Shown in pieces: positions 1-9,694 of a stretch of 33,577 nucleotides of DNA. The notes beneath the pieces were generated by a model. It was not told where the DNA came from. It ran no database searches and saw nothing but the letters and a program-made list of their open reading frames with translations. The DNA is from Nitrospira japonica. GTDB lineage: Bacteria > Nitrospirota > Thermodesulfovibrionia > Thermodesulfovibrionales > SM23-35. Where the stretch lies: NCBI GenBank assembly GCA_020725385.1, contig DYFC01000004.1, positions 1 to 33,577 of the forward strand, in the 5' to 3' direction. Position numbers and translations under genes: made by a program. Positions within the stretch are counted from its first letter, which is position 1. Each line of letters starts with the position of its first letter.

Positions 1-115
1 ACTTATGGGATTGGTTACATCAAAAAACAATATAAAAAAGAAAGGTAATTTCGTTTATAATTTTAATGAGGCAACAGAGAAACTTTTCGTTTAGATTTTT
101 ATGTGAGGCAACAGG
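1..115. mobile_element. Probable terminus of an insertion sequence (family not determined)
   Basis: Read on the minus strand, the kinase switches after ...AAA GTC TTA (KVL) to CCTGTTGCCTCACATAAAA. The 11-mer TGAGGCAACAG occurs twice (67-77 and 104-114), like a terminal plus subterminal repeat. Receiver-domain similarity stops at this junction. No transposase is visible in the window. Confidence 0.6.
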
Positions 116-2152
116 TAAGACTTTAATATCAGGTTTTATTCTTTTAAGTTCTTCATAAACTTCTTTTCCGTTTTTTCTTGGCATTATAACGTCAAGGATA
201 ACTAAGTCCACACCACTTGCATTTTTACTAAATACATTAATGGCTTCCTGCCCATCCGAGGCTTCCAGCACTTTATATCCTGCTCGTTCAAGAATTTTTT
301 TTGTAAGATCCCTCACATGAATGTCATCTTCAATAACAAAAATGGTCTCGTTTCCTCCGGATAGCATTATTTGTTCTATCTTCCGTTCCTGTTGGGGTTT
401 TGACTTAATCAATGGCAAATAGATTTTAAAAGTTGAACCCTTTCCTAATTCACTGTAAACATTAATAAATCCATCATGTTGTTTAACAATTCCATATACC
501 ATAGCAAGTCCGAGACCTGTTCCTTTACCCACCTCTTTGGTAGTAAAGAAAGGATCAAATATGCGTTCCTTCGTCTTTTCATCCATTCCTTCACCTGTAT
601 CTTCAACAGATATTACTGCATATTCACCGGTTCTTCCAAATCCATAAGCATTTGAAACCTCTTCAACAATATTTGCCTTAGAAGTTCTTATAATAAGTGT
701 GCCTCCATCCGGCATTGCATCTCTTGCATTAGTAGCAAGATTCATGAGAGCCTGCTCTATTTGTGTTGTATCTGCCATTACAATAAGGTCTTCTTCTGTT
801 AGATTTGTTACGAGTTCGATATCCTCACCAATAAGTCTTACAAGAAGTTTTTCAAGAACTATTATAATTTCATTAATATTCACAGGCTTTGTATGTATTA
901 TCTGGGTTCTGCTGAAAGCAAGCAATGCATGCGTGAGATTTGCTGCTCTTTTGGCTGATTTCAATATGTAGTCTATATAATCATTTATTTCTTCGCTTGA
1001 ATTCAAGGCTAACTCAGACTGTAATAGATGTCCGTAACCTACTATAGCAGTCAAAATATTATTAAAATCATGGGCTATTCCTCCGGCAAGCTGACCTATC
1101 GCTTCCATTTTCTGTGCTTGAAGAAGCTGCCTCTCGAGCCTTTTGCTTTCGGTAATATCCCGCGAAATAACAAGAATACCCGATGGTTCACCATCTTTGT
1201 CCCGCAATGCAACATTAGCAGTACAATGAAAATAAAGTGTCTTACCCTCCTTTGTAGTAATATCTATATCGTTTTCATGTGGTTTACTATCCTCAAAAGC
1301 ACGGGCAACAAAACAAGGTTGATTCTCACAACTCTCTGTTCTTTCAAAAAATACTGCATAGCATTTTTCCCCGATTATATTTTGACCGAATGTATCTTTT
1401 GCAATATCATTTGCCCATATAATATTGAACCCCCTGTCAATCATTACCATGTAATCATTAATTGAAGAAAGCATTGCATTAAGTTTTTCTTCGCTTTTCT
1501 TTAAAGCAATTTCTGCCTTTTTTCTGATTGTTATATCTTTAAAATCTTCGACAATTCCAATAAATTTACCCGCAGGATCTCTAAAAGGTGTTGCAGTAAC
1601 TATACAAGGAATTCCTGTTCCATCCTTCCTAATTCGTACAGCTTCAAATTCTATATGTTCTTCACCGTTCATTATTCTTTTTAATGAGCATTGTTCTGTA
1701 TGGCACTGCTGACCAGAAAAAACTTCATAGCATTTTTTACCTTTTGCCTCTTCTTTTGAGACACCCGACATTTTTGCAAAAGTTTCGTTAACTCTTAATA
1801 TATTACAATCCTTATCAATTAATCTTATGCCATCGGCAGCAGTATGAAAAACCTGTCTCAATTCAGCATAGGCAAGTTGTGTTGTTTCCTCTGCTTTTTT
1901 TCGCTCATTTACATGACTTAATAATGGCCTGAATCCGAAAAAATACAATACAGGTGAAAGTATCAGTACTAATAATGCAGCATCGAGAAAAGCCCATGTC
2001 TGAATTGAAATAGGACAAACAAAAGAAAGTATCGTCATAATTAATGCTTCTGCAAGAAAAACTGAAAGTCCTATTATGAATACAAGTCCTAAAGGGGATC
2101 GATATATTTTATTTTGTGTCTTTATTTTGAGATAAGTATCTTTATCCCCCAT
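20..2152 (-). CDS. Membrane-bound PAS-PAS hybrid sensor histidine kinase; C-terminal receiver truncated at ~116
   Basis: Two N-terminal TM helices, two PAS/PAC domains, H-box (GQLAGGIAHDFNNIL), N-box (MNLATNARDAM), G1/F/G2 (DTGEGM, DPFFTTK, GKGTGLGL), receiver (VIEDD...LVILDVIMP). The last ~30 aa are non-homologous read-through and the conserved T/S and K-P motifs are missing. Confidence 0.9.
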   Translation of the reverse strand: MGDKDTYLKIKTQNKIYRSPLGLVFIIGLSVFLAEALIMTILSFVCPISIQTWAFLDAALLVLILSPVLYFFGFRPLLSHVNERKKAEETTQLAYAELRQVFHTAADGIRLIDKDCNILRVNETFAKMSGVSKEEAKGKKCYEVFSGQQCHTEQCSLKRIMNGEEHIEFEAVRIRKDGTGIPCIVTATPFRDPAGKFIGIVEDFKDITIRKKAEIALKKSEEKLNAMLSSINDYMVMIDRGFNIIWANDIAKDTFGQNIIGEKCYAVFFERTESCENQPCFVARAFEDSKPHENDIDITTKEGKTLYFHCTANVALRDKDGEPSGILVISRDITESKRLERQLLQAQKMEAIGQLAGGIAHDFNNILTAIVGYGHLLQSELALNSSEEINDYIDYILKSAKRAANLTHALLAFSRTQIIHTKPVNINEIIIVLEKLLVRLIGEDIELVTNLTEEDLIVMADTTQIEQALMNLATNARDAMPDGGTLIIRTSKANIVEEVSNAYGFGRTGEYAVISVEDTGEGMDEKTKERIFDPFFTTKEVGKGTGLGLAMVYGIVKQHDGFINVYSELGKGSTFKIYLPLIKSKPQQERKIEQIMLSGGNETIFVIEDDIHVRDLTKKILERAGYKVLEASDGQEAINVFSKNASGVDLVILDVIMPRKNGKEVYEELKRIKPDIKVLPVASHKNLNEKFLCCLIKIINEITFLFYIVF

Positions 2153-2290
2153 ATTTTCCCCTAATCATTAAAGTACGTCTAAAACTTTGGATTTATATAA
2201 AGTATAAAGCATTTGCTATGTTAAAATCCAGTTCTAATTTTCCATATTTTACTAAAACCCGGATTATGCATATTTAAGTTAAAATAAAAA

Positions 2291-3490
2291 ATGTTTTCTA
2301 AAAAAAGCTTTTCTTCATTAAAAGTTAGAGACTTTAGACTATTCTGGTTCGGCCAGTTGATTTCTCTATCCGGCACATGGATGCAATCTGTGGCACAATC
2401 ATGGCTTGTATATGAGTTGACCAGGTCTCCTTTTTATCTCGGGTTGGTTGCAGCCTCAGGCACATTGCCAATACTCTTATTCACACTTGCAGGTGGAATT
2501 GTTGCTGATAGATTCAGGAAAAGAAATCTTTTACTAGTTACACAAGCTCTATCTATAATACCTGCTCTGCTTCTTGGATTACTTACGGATTTCAATATAA
2601 TAAAAGTGTGGCAGGTAGCTGTGCTCGCAGGCATATTAGGAACAATAAATGCTTTTGACATCCCTGCAAGGCAGTCCTTTATGTCAGAACTTGTCGGGAA
2701 AGACAACATTACCAATGCCATAGCTTTGAATTCCGCTGCATTTCATGGCGCAAGAATGATAGGGCCGGTATTTGCAGGAATTGCAATTGCCCGTATAGGA
2801 CTGCCCGCGTGCTTTTATCTGAATGCAATCAGTTTTATTGCTGTTATAATTGCCCTTTCAATGATAAAAACAATGGGTGAAAAACATGAAACCACAGAGA
2901 GTGTCACAAAATCTTTTTTTGAAGGACTGCAGTTCATAAAAAAACAATCAGACATTTTCAGGTTAGTAATAATGATTACAATCTTCAGTCTGATTGCAAT
3001 GCCTTTCATTACTCTATTGCCGGTTTTTGCCGGTGAAATATTCAGTAAAGGTGCAGAAGGTTTCGGGTTACTTGTAGGTGCAACCGGAGCTGGTGCCCTA
3101 TCAGCAGCCCTATTTCTTGCATTCAAAGGCGATATAGGGAATAAAACTGAATTTATGGCTTTTTCAGCTTTCTGCATCTCGATTCCGCTTTTATTATTTT
3201 CACTATCAAAGAACTTTCATTTTTCTGCTTTTATACTCTATCTTATTGGATTCGGGCTTGTTAGTTTCCTTGCAACTGCAAACAGTTTTATACAGCTTTC
3301 TTCTCCTGACAATTTAAGAGGAAGGGCTATGAGTGTTTATACATTTGTCTTTCTCGGCACAGCGCCCTTAGGCAATGCTTTAATTGGAACAGTTGCTGAT
3401 TTAATAGGTGCTCCATTAGCAATAAACATATCGGCGATAATTTGTATTATCGTAGCTGTTGTCTATTGCATGAAAATATGCAGAAAATAG
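2291..3490 (+). CDS. MFS transporter (DUF894/MFS_3-like, ~12 TM)
   Basis: RDFRLFWFGQLISLSGTWMQSVAQSWLV N-terminus, motif A GGIVADRFRKR, PARQS, PDNLRGR. Confidence 0.9.
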   Translation: MFSKKSFSSLKVRDFRLFWFGQLISLSGTWMQSVAQSWLVYELTRSPFYLGLVAASGTLPILLFTLAGGIVADRFRKRNLLLVTQALSIIPALLLGLLTDFNIIKVWQVAVLAGILGTINAFDIPARQSFMSELVGKDNITNAIALNSAAFHGARMIGPVFAGIAIARIGLPACFYLNAISFIAVIIALSMIKTMGEKHETTESVTKSFFEGLQFIKKQSDIFRLVIMITIFSLIAMPFITLLPVFAGEIFSKGAEGFGLLVGATGAGALSAALFLAFKGDIGNKTEFMAFSAFCISIPLLLFSLSKNFHFSAFILYLIGFGLVSFLATANSFIQLSSPDNLRGRAMSVYTFVFLGTAPLGNALIGTVADLIGAPLAINISAIICIIVAVVYCMKICRK

Positions 3491-3505
3491 TAGTATATTA
3501 GCTAT

Positions 3506-4204
3506 ATGAAAATTCTTGCTATAGAAACATCAACAATGCTTGGCGGAGTTGCAATTATGGATGATTCAAAAGGTTTAATTGCAGAAGTACGTCTTAATGT
3601 GAAATCAACCCATTCAGAAAGACTAATGACAGAGATAGAAAACCTGCTCAGGCAATCATTACTTAATATAACCGAAATAGATGTATTCGCAGTTTCAATT
3701 GGTCCAGGCTCTTTCACAGGACTTAGAATAGGATTAAGTACAGTCAAGGGTTTATCTTTTGCAACAGGCAAACCGGTTGTATCAGTTCCAACACTTGAAG
3801 CATTCGCATGGAACTTCCCTTTATGCCGGCATCCAATATGCCTGCTTCTTGATGCCCGCAAACAAGAAGTTTATGCAGGTGTTTTTAAGTGGAATGACCA
3901 TAAGTTAACCAAAATATTACCAGAAACAGCGATTAGCATAAAAAACTTACTGGAAAATGAAATCTTTTTAAATAAAATAGTTGTTTTTTCTGGTGAGGGG
4001 TGTAGTTTATACAAAGAAGAAATACTAAATAGAATGGGTCAAAATGCTGTTTTTGCTTCTCCAGAGAAAATGGTTCCCCTACCTTCAAATGTTGCTTACC
4101 TTGGCTTAAGAAAAGCCTTAAAAAATGAATTTGCTAATCCAATCAGTCTTGTTCCATTTTATATAAGGAAATCCGAGGCTGAAATAAAAGTGAATGGGAA
4201 ATAA
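3506..4204 (+). CDS. tsaB: tRNA t6A biosynthesis protein TsaB
   Basis: MKILAIETS, HSERL, GPGSFTGLRIG, DARKQEVY, C-terminal PFYIR. Confidence 0.95.
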   Translation: MKILAIETSTMLGGVAIMDDSKGLIAEVRLNVKSTHSERLMTEIENLLRQSLLNITEIDVFAVSIGPGSFTGLRIGLSTVKGLSFATGKPVVSVPTLEAFAWNFPLCRHPICLLLDARKQEVYAGVFKWNDHKLTKILPETAISIKNLLENEIFLNKIVVFSGEGCSLYKEEILNRMGQNAVFASPEKMVPLPSNVAYLGLRKALKNEFANPISLVPFYIRKSEAEIKVNGK

Positions 4205-4658
4205 ATTAGTTATTAGGGACATGGTTGAAAAAGACATACCTTCTGTAATGGAGATTGAATTAAATTCCTTTAGCACACACTGGTCGGAACAATCTTTCAT
4301 TAATGAAATTTATAAAAAATATGCCATTACAAGAGTTGCCGAATTCGAAAGTTTAATCATAGGTTATATATCGGTAAACTATCTTTTTCATGAAGCACAT
4401 TTATTAAATCTTGCAGTCCACAAAGACTTCAGAAGAATGGGTGTTGCAACCGCTCTCTTGAAAAACGTCTTGCACGAACTCAAGAAGAAAGGATGTATTT
4501 TTATATATCTTGAGGTAAGAGCATCAAACATTGGAGCTCAAAAATTTTATGAAAGATTCGGATTTACTATTCAGAGCATAAGAAAAAAATATTACGGGAA
4601 TCCGGATGAAGATGCGCTTTTGATGATGGCAAGAATCAACGACGGATTAAATCAATAA
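4194..4658 (+). CDS. rimI: Ribosomal protein S18 alanine N-acetyltransferase
   Basis: GNAT motifs NLAVHKDFRRMGVA, LEVRASN, RKKYY...EDA; usual position directly after tsaB. Confidence 0.92.
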   Translation: MGNKLVIRDMVEKDIPSVMEIELNSFSTHWSEQSFINEIYKKYAITRVAEFESLIIGYISVNYLFHEAHLLNLAVHKDFRRMGVATALLKNVLHELKKKGCIFIYLEVRASNIGAQKFYERFGFTIQSIRKKYYGNPDEDALLMMARINDGLNQ

Positions 4659-5669
4659 TTATTCCCATACACCATCTATTTTATAACTGCATTTTGGACA
4701 CGTGTTTTTTAATAATTTGTTTTCAATAATACTAAAACCCAGACGTTTTATGAGCATCTCTTTACAATTCGGGCAATAAGTATTTTCACCACCTTCACCA
4801 GGAACATTACCCTCGTAAACATATTTAAGTCCTGATTCAAATCCAATCTCTCTTGCTCTTCTTAAAGTTGAAACAGGAGTTCTTGGTTTATCCATAAGTT
4901 TATATGTGGGATAGAATTGGGTTACATGCCAGGGGATAGACGGACTAACAGAATATATGAATTCCGCAATATTGTGTAAATCTTCTTCAGAATCATTGAG
5001 TCCGGGGATAATAAGAGTTGTAACCTCTACCCATACACCTAATTCTTTCATAAGTTTTATTGTCTCTTTTACAGGCTCAACCTTTGCTCCGCATATATTT
5101 TTGTAAAATTCATTATCACCTTTCAGGTCAATATTATTACCATGAAGATATGGCGCGATTGTTTTCACAGCTTCAGGTCCGGTATAACCATTGCTGACAA
5201 ATACATTTTTTAGACCTTTTTGGTGTGCAAGTCTTGCACAGTCATAAGCAAATTCAAAATAAATTGTTGGTTCGGTATACGTATATGAAATACTCCTGCT
5301 ACCACTTATAACTGCTGAAGCAACTACATCCTCGGGTGTAACAACCTGCCCAGGTATGTCACCACCGTGCTCTTTGGGATATTGTGAAATCTCAAAATTC
5401 TGACAATGTTTACAATGAAAATTACAACCGACTGTCGAGATAGAAAATGATGTGGTTGATGGCAGAAAATGAAATAAAGGCTTTTTTTCTATTGGATCTA
5501 TATGCATGGCAATAAGTCTGCCATAAACAAGACTGTATAAAATACCATCCCTGTTTTCTCTTACAGCACAAATACCTCGCTTACCTTCTTTAATGATACA
5601 ATGATGAGCGCACAAAAAACACTTAACTTTTTTCTCCTCAAGCTTTTCATAAAACATAGCCTCTTTCAT
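4659..5669 (-). CDS. amrS: AmmeMemoRadiSam system radical SAM enzyme
   Basis: N-terminal CxxCxxxC...GICAVR, IDPIEKKPLFHF, CNFHCKHCQN, YTYTEP, YVYEGNV, C-terminal CPxC...CPxC. Confidence 0.93.
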   Translation of the reverse strand: MKEAMFYEKLEEKKVKCFLCAHHCIIKEGKRGICAVRENRDGILYSLVYGRLIAMHIDPIEKKPLFHFLPSTTSFSISTVGCNFHCKHCQNFEISQYPKEHGGDIPGQVVTPEDVVASAVISGSRSISYTYTEPTIYFEFAYDCARLAHQKGLKNVFVSNGYTGPEAVKTIAPYLHGNNIDLKGDNEFYKNICGAKVEPVKETIKLMKELGVWVEVTTLIIPGLNDSEEDLHNIAEFIYSVSPSIPWHVTQFYPTYKLMDKPRTPVSTLRRAREIGFESGLKYVYEGNVPGEGGENTYCPNCKEMLIKRLGFSIIENKLLKNTCPKCSYKIDGVWE

Positions 5670-5677
5670 GATAGGAA

Positions 5678-5686
5678 ATTATATCA
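5678..5686 (-). promoter_or_regulatory. Extended -10 element (TGaTATAAT) 8 nt upstream of the amrS ATG; probably leaderless or near-leaderless
   Basis: Minus strand reads TGATATAAT-ttcctatc-ATG with no SD. Confidence 0.55.
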
Positions 5687-5832
5687 ATATTTAAAATTAA
5701 CTTCAAACCAATTTTGAATATTTTATATCTGTTCATTATAATTAACTCTGACAAAAATATCCCTAAAAGGCAGACAATGTTATAATGTAATAATATGACA
5801 GTTTATTTTTCAAAGAGATATTATTTACAAAA

Positions 5833-6744
5833 ATGACCAATTTTTATAGAAAATTTCTATCAAGAATCATTGTTCTATCATCTATTATTTACTTCATTAT
5901 TGAAAGAAGATTGCCTGCTCAAGACATAGTTTTCTTAAATATAATATTAATCATTTATTCACTTGATACAAAGAATGTTTTTTCAAAATTTTTGCGTGAT
6001 TGGGCACCTGTAATGGTTTTCATATTCTGCTATGAATTTTTAAGAGGGCATGCATATATTTTCCATAATTTTATGAATATACAGGTACATAAAACAGAAC
6101 TCCTGGAAATAGAAAAGTTAATTTTTGGTAATCCTATACCGACCGTTATAATGCAACGCTTAACACAGGTTAATCCAACATCACTTGATGTTCTATTCAT
6201 TATTATTTATAGTTCCTTTTTTTGGGGAGCAATTTCTATAGGAATAATACTCTGGTTTAAATCACATGAATTTTTTAAGGTCTTTAGAAATGGATACCTA
6301 TTACTATGTTTTATGGGTTTATGTACATATATTTTATATCCTGCTTATCCACCATGGATGGCATCCCAGGAAGGATATCTACCAATCCTTGAAAGGAGTG
6401 CATGGGAAAAACTACAAATGGGCAAATTCTTATCCCTTGTGTTTGATAAAGTTGGTTATAATCCTGTTGCCCCTATGCCTTCTTTACATGCAGGATGGGC
6501 TTTTTATTCATCCATTATGTTTGACTTATTTTTTAAAAGGTGGTGGTCCAAACTAATATATCTATATCCTTTATTAATGGGGACATTTATTGTTTATAGC
6601 GGAGACCATTACGTTGTTGACATTATTGCCGGATTTGCTTATGCAATTTCAGCTGTTTTATTATTAAAAATAAAGGGTTTTATAAAACCATCCGGTTATT
6701 TGAAAAATGCAGATATTTCTCATTCACAGAAAATGCTAAAATGA
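5833..6744 (+). CDS. PAP2-superfamily membrane enzyme, Aur1/Ipt1 (inositol-phosphotransferase)-like
   Basis: Multi-TM protein with YPAYPPW, PMPSLHAGW and GDHYVVDIIAG, matching the Aur1-type D3/D4 catalytic motifs. Confidence 0.8.
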   Translation: MTNFYRKFLSRIIVLSSIIYFIIERRLPAQDIVFLNIILIIYSLDTKNVFSKFLRDWAPVMVFIFCYEFLRGHAYIFHNFMNIQVHKTELLEIEKLIFGNPIPTVIMQRLTQVNPTSLDVLFIIIYSSFFWGAISIGIILWFKSHEFFKVFRNGYLLLCFMGLCTYILYPAYPPWMASQEGYLPILERSAWEKLQMGKFLSLVFDKVGYNPVAPMPSLHAGWAFYSSIMFDLFFKRWWSKLIYLYPLLMGTFIVYSGDHYVVDIIAGFAYAISAVLLLKIKGFIKPSGYLKNADISHSQKMLK

Positions 6745-6776
6745 TTTTAATTTTATTATAAGAAATAAAACTAAAG

Positions 6777-9122
6777 TTATTTTTTCTTTTTCATTAAATA
6801 AGCCCTATATAGATTCTTCCGAAACATTTCATTGCCCGGTTCTAATTCAAGTGCTTTCTCAAAATGATAAATAGCCTTATCTATATTACCAATTTGTGCA
6901 TAAGTTGCCCCAAGATTTTCATGTGCACCTGCATGCTGTTGATTAATCTTAATTACTTTTAAATATTCTTCTATAGCCTTATCGTACATTGCCTTTTCGT
7001 TATAAGCCACTCCCAGATTAAAATGGGCATCAATATGATCTGGCTTATATTTTACAACTTCCTTGTATTTTAAAATTGATTCATCAAGCATTCTTTTTCT
7101 GTAATATAAATTACCGAGATTGAATAAAACCTGTACATTTTCTGGGTTATTTAAAAGTACACATTGAAATTCTTTAATTGCCTGATCAAATTGACCGAGA
7201 GAATAAAATATTTCTCCGAGACTGTATTTTATATCAATATCTTTAGGATCATATTTAACAACAATATTTAAATGTTCCTTAGCTTCATTTAATGAGGATT
7301 TAAGTATTAAAATCCTTGCTAAATTAACCCTTGCTTTCAAATAACCCGGATTTATTTTTAATGCGTATTCATAATGTCTTAACGCATCATCTGAATTACC
7401 CTTAAATTGGTAATAATTGCCAAGATTATAATGAGCCTGCGCAAGTCCGGGCTTGAGTTCCAAAGCTTTTATAAAATTTTCGCTTGCTTTCTCAATCTGT
7501 CCAAATTCACCTAATACTATCCCTGCATTAACATAAGCTTCAGCCATTCTTGGATTTAATTTTAAAGCATTATTGAAGGCTTCTAATGCTTCTTTTTTAA
7601 GTCCTTTATCATAAAATGCTTTCCCCATATTAAAGAAAGAATAGTAATCATTTGGATTCTTTTCAATAGCTTTTCTATACATTTCTATCGCGTCATCCAA
7701 TCTTCCTTTAAGCGCAAATATTACTCCTAATTCTGAATACCCTTCATAATCATCCGGGTAAGTCTTTATTAATTTCTGCAACAACTCAATAGGCTTATCA
7801 ATATCTCCCATTTTCTCATATGCAATTGCTAATTGTATTATGCCGCGTCTCCATTCCGGAGATTTATTCACAGTATCTGTCCATAAAGTCAGGTCATTCT
7901 TCCATACTTTATTCCGTTTTATTGTTAAATAAGAAAAAACCAAACCAATCGATATTATGATTATAATAATTGGAAATCTATATTTTGGAACAACTACAAA
8001 TCTAAAAATAACTATAGATATACAAAGAGCAAAACCAAATAATGGTAGATACGCATATCTTTCGGCAAGGGGGCTTTCTCCCAGTCCGGGGATATATAAT
8101 GCAGGTAATAAAGGGATAACAAAAAAAACTAAACCAAAGAAAAATAATTTATTCTTTTTATATGATATTGCCAGTAAAAATATATAAAGAAAAACAATTA
8201 ATAGAGAGATTATACTTTTTATTTCATAAATTTGTTTAACAGGATGAAAAACATTGAAAATGTTTAAATTAAAAGGAGCAAAAATTTTTATTATATAATC
8301 CATAAAAAGAGGGAAAATATTAATAATATATTGATAGGTACTCAATTCGGGATGGCTTTGAAATGCTGAAAAGCCCTTCAAAGCATGGAACCTAAATCCC
8401 AGATAGACGATGAAAGCCATTATAAATGGGACATACTCCTCTAAAGATTGTACTCTATCACCTTCTTTTTTCCTTATAAAATCATAGATGAATATTATGA
8501 GAATAAATGTTACAGCCGGTTCTTTACAAAATAGGGCGAATAAAAAAGAAATTATCGAGATAGTGTAACTTATTTTTGAACCATCTTTAAATTTTAAATA
8601 AAAATAAAAGCCGAGAAGATAAAATAAACTATATGATAAATCAGGGATTGCGGATATCCATGCAACTACTTCTGAATGTATTGGATGAATAGCAAAAATT
8701 ATGGCTGTAATAAAAGGGATACTTAGAAACCCTTTGTTTTCGTACAATTCACCGGATTTCATATGTTTTAAAAGTTTATCTGTTACAAGAAATACCATAA
8801 TAGAGACTCCGGCGTGAAAAAGAATGTTTATTAAATGGTATCCCCACGGTTTTAAAGAAAATATCTGGTAAGACAATAAATATATTACATGCATCATCGG
8901 TCTGTAGTAATTAGAAATCCAATCAGGAGAGCGAAAATGCCATACATCTTTTAAAAACATTTCAGGGATAAATCTGAAATCCCTTATCCAGAAGTTATCT
9001 TTAACCTGAAAATTATCATCGTAAACAAAATCATTGAAGAGTGTATTGGAATATAAAATAAAACATAATATAAAAATAATGAGATAGAAAATATGTTGAT
9101 TTTTAAAACAATTTTTATTCAT
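6777..9122 (-). CDS. TMTC-like GT-C membrane glycosyltransferase (putative protein O-glycosyltransferase) with ~10 C-terminal TPRs
   Basis: YSNTLFNDFVYDD, YYRP, GYHLINILFH, FAIHPIHSEVVAWI, FCKEPAV, AERYAYLP, RNKVWKNDLTLW, followed by tandem 34-aa TPRs. Confidence 0.88.
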   Translation of the reverse strand: MNKNCFKNQHIFYLIIFILCFILYSNTLFNDFVYDDNFQVKDNFWIRDFRFIPEMFLKDVWHFRSPDWISNYYRPMMHVIYLLSYQIFSLKPWGYHLINILFHAGVSIMVFLVTDKLLKHMKSGELYENKGFLSIPFITAIIFAIHPIHSEVVAWISAIPDLSYSLFYLLGFYFYLKFKDGSKISYTISIISFLFALFCKEPAVTFILIIFIYDFIRKKEGDRVQSLEEYVPFIMAFIVYLGFRFHALKGFSAFQSHPELSTYQYIINIFPLFMDYIIKIFAPFNLNIFNVFHPVKQIYEIKSIISLLIVFLYIFLLAISYKKNKLFFFGLVFFVIPLLPALYIPGLGESPLAERYAYLPLFGFALCISIVIFRFVVVPKYRFPIIIIIISIGLVFSYLTIKRNKVWKNDLTLWTDTVNKSPEWRRGIIQLAIAYEKMGDIDKPIELLQKLIKTYPDDYEGYSELGVIFALKGRLDDAIEMYRKAIEKNPNDYYSFFNMGKAFYDKGLKKEALEAFNNALKLNPRMAEAYVNAGIVLGEFGQIEKASENFIKALELKPGLAQAHYNLGNYYQFKGNSDDALRHYEYALKINPGYLKARVNLARILILKSSLNEAKEHLNIVVKYDPKDIDIKYSLGEIFYSLGQFDQAIKEFQCVLLNNPENVQVLFNLGNLYYRKRMLDESILKYKEVVKYKPDHIDAHFNLGVAYNEKAMYDKAIEEYLKVIKINQQHAGAHENLGATYAQIGNIDKAIYHFEKALELEPGNEMFRKNLYRAYLMKKKK

Positions 9123-9160
9123 AGTATAAATAGTTAAATTTTATAAATATACTTTAAACT

Positions 9161-9694
9161 ATGAAACATTTTTCAAAAATAAATTTAAAAATTATAAAAT
9201 TCATAAGTGTATATATTATACTTATAGCTATTTTTTTTACAACTATCAGCTTTGTACCCTTACAGAAAGTATTTGATATAAATAACTCATATTCGCGTCT
9301 TATAGCAATGGTATCGGCAAAATTATTAACTCTTCTGGGCATTCCGGCTCAATACGATGATCGACTTATAATTTTACCAAATATAACCCTCAAGGTAGTT
9401 TATGGTTGTAACGGAATTGATGCAGCCATTATCTATGCTGTTGCAGTTCTTGCTTTCCCAGCGAAATGGAAAAAGAAATTATACGGGATATTATTAGGTT
9501 CTATAGCAATTCAGGTTATAAATATAATAAGGATTATTCTCTTATCATATTATGCTAATTCAGGGATACATTTTAAAGAATATTTCGATTATATACATTT
9601 ATATGCCGCTCAGGGGTTAATGATCGCAATATCTCTTGGCATCTTCTTTATATATCTCCGCTATGCACAAAATATTAAACAAAATATTACATAA
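9161..9694 (+). CDS. xrtH: Exosortase H-like transpeptidase (exosortase/archaeosortase family)
   Basis: Short multi-TM protein with Cys/Arg/His triad: VVYGCNGID, INIIRIILL, FDYIHLY; AFPAKWKKK segment; followed by a partner membrane gene; an IPTLxxWG-like substrate is present in the window. Confidence 0.82.
   Translation: MKHFSKINLKIIKFISVYIILIAIFFTTISFVPLQKVFDINNSYSRLIAMVSAKLLTLLGIPAQYDDRLIILPNITLKVVYGCNGIDAAIIYAVAVLAFPAKWKKKLYGILLGSIAIQVINIIRIILLSYYANSGIHFKEYFDYIHLYAAQGLMIAISLGIFFIYLRYAQNIKQNIT

Noticed and set aside
4659-5669. amrS as part of the surface island or a novel RiPP system
   Set aside because: Well-known widespread family, transcribed away from the island; absence of amrA/amrB nearby is common and no precursor peptide was seen
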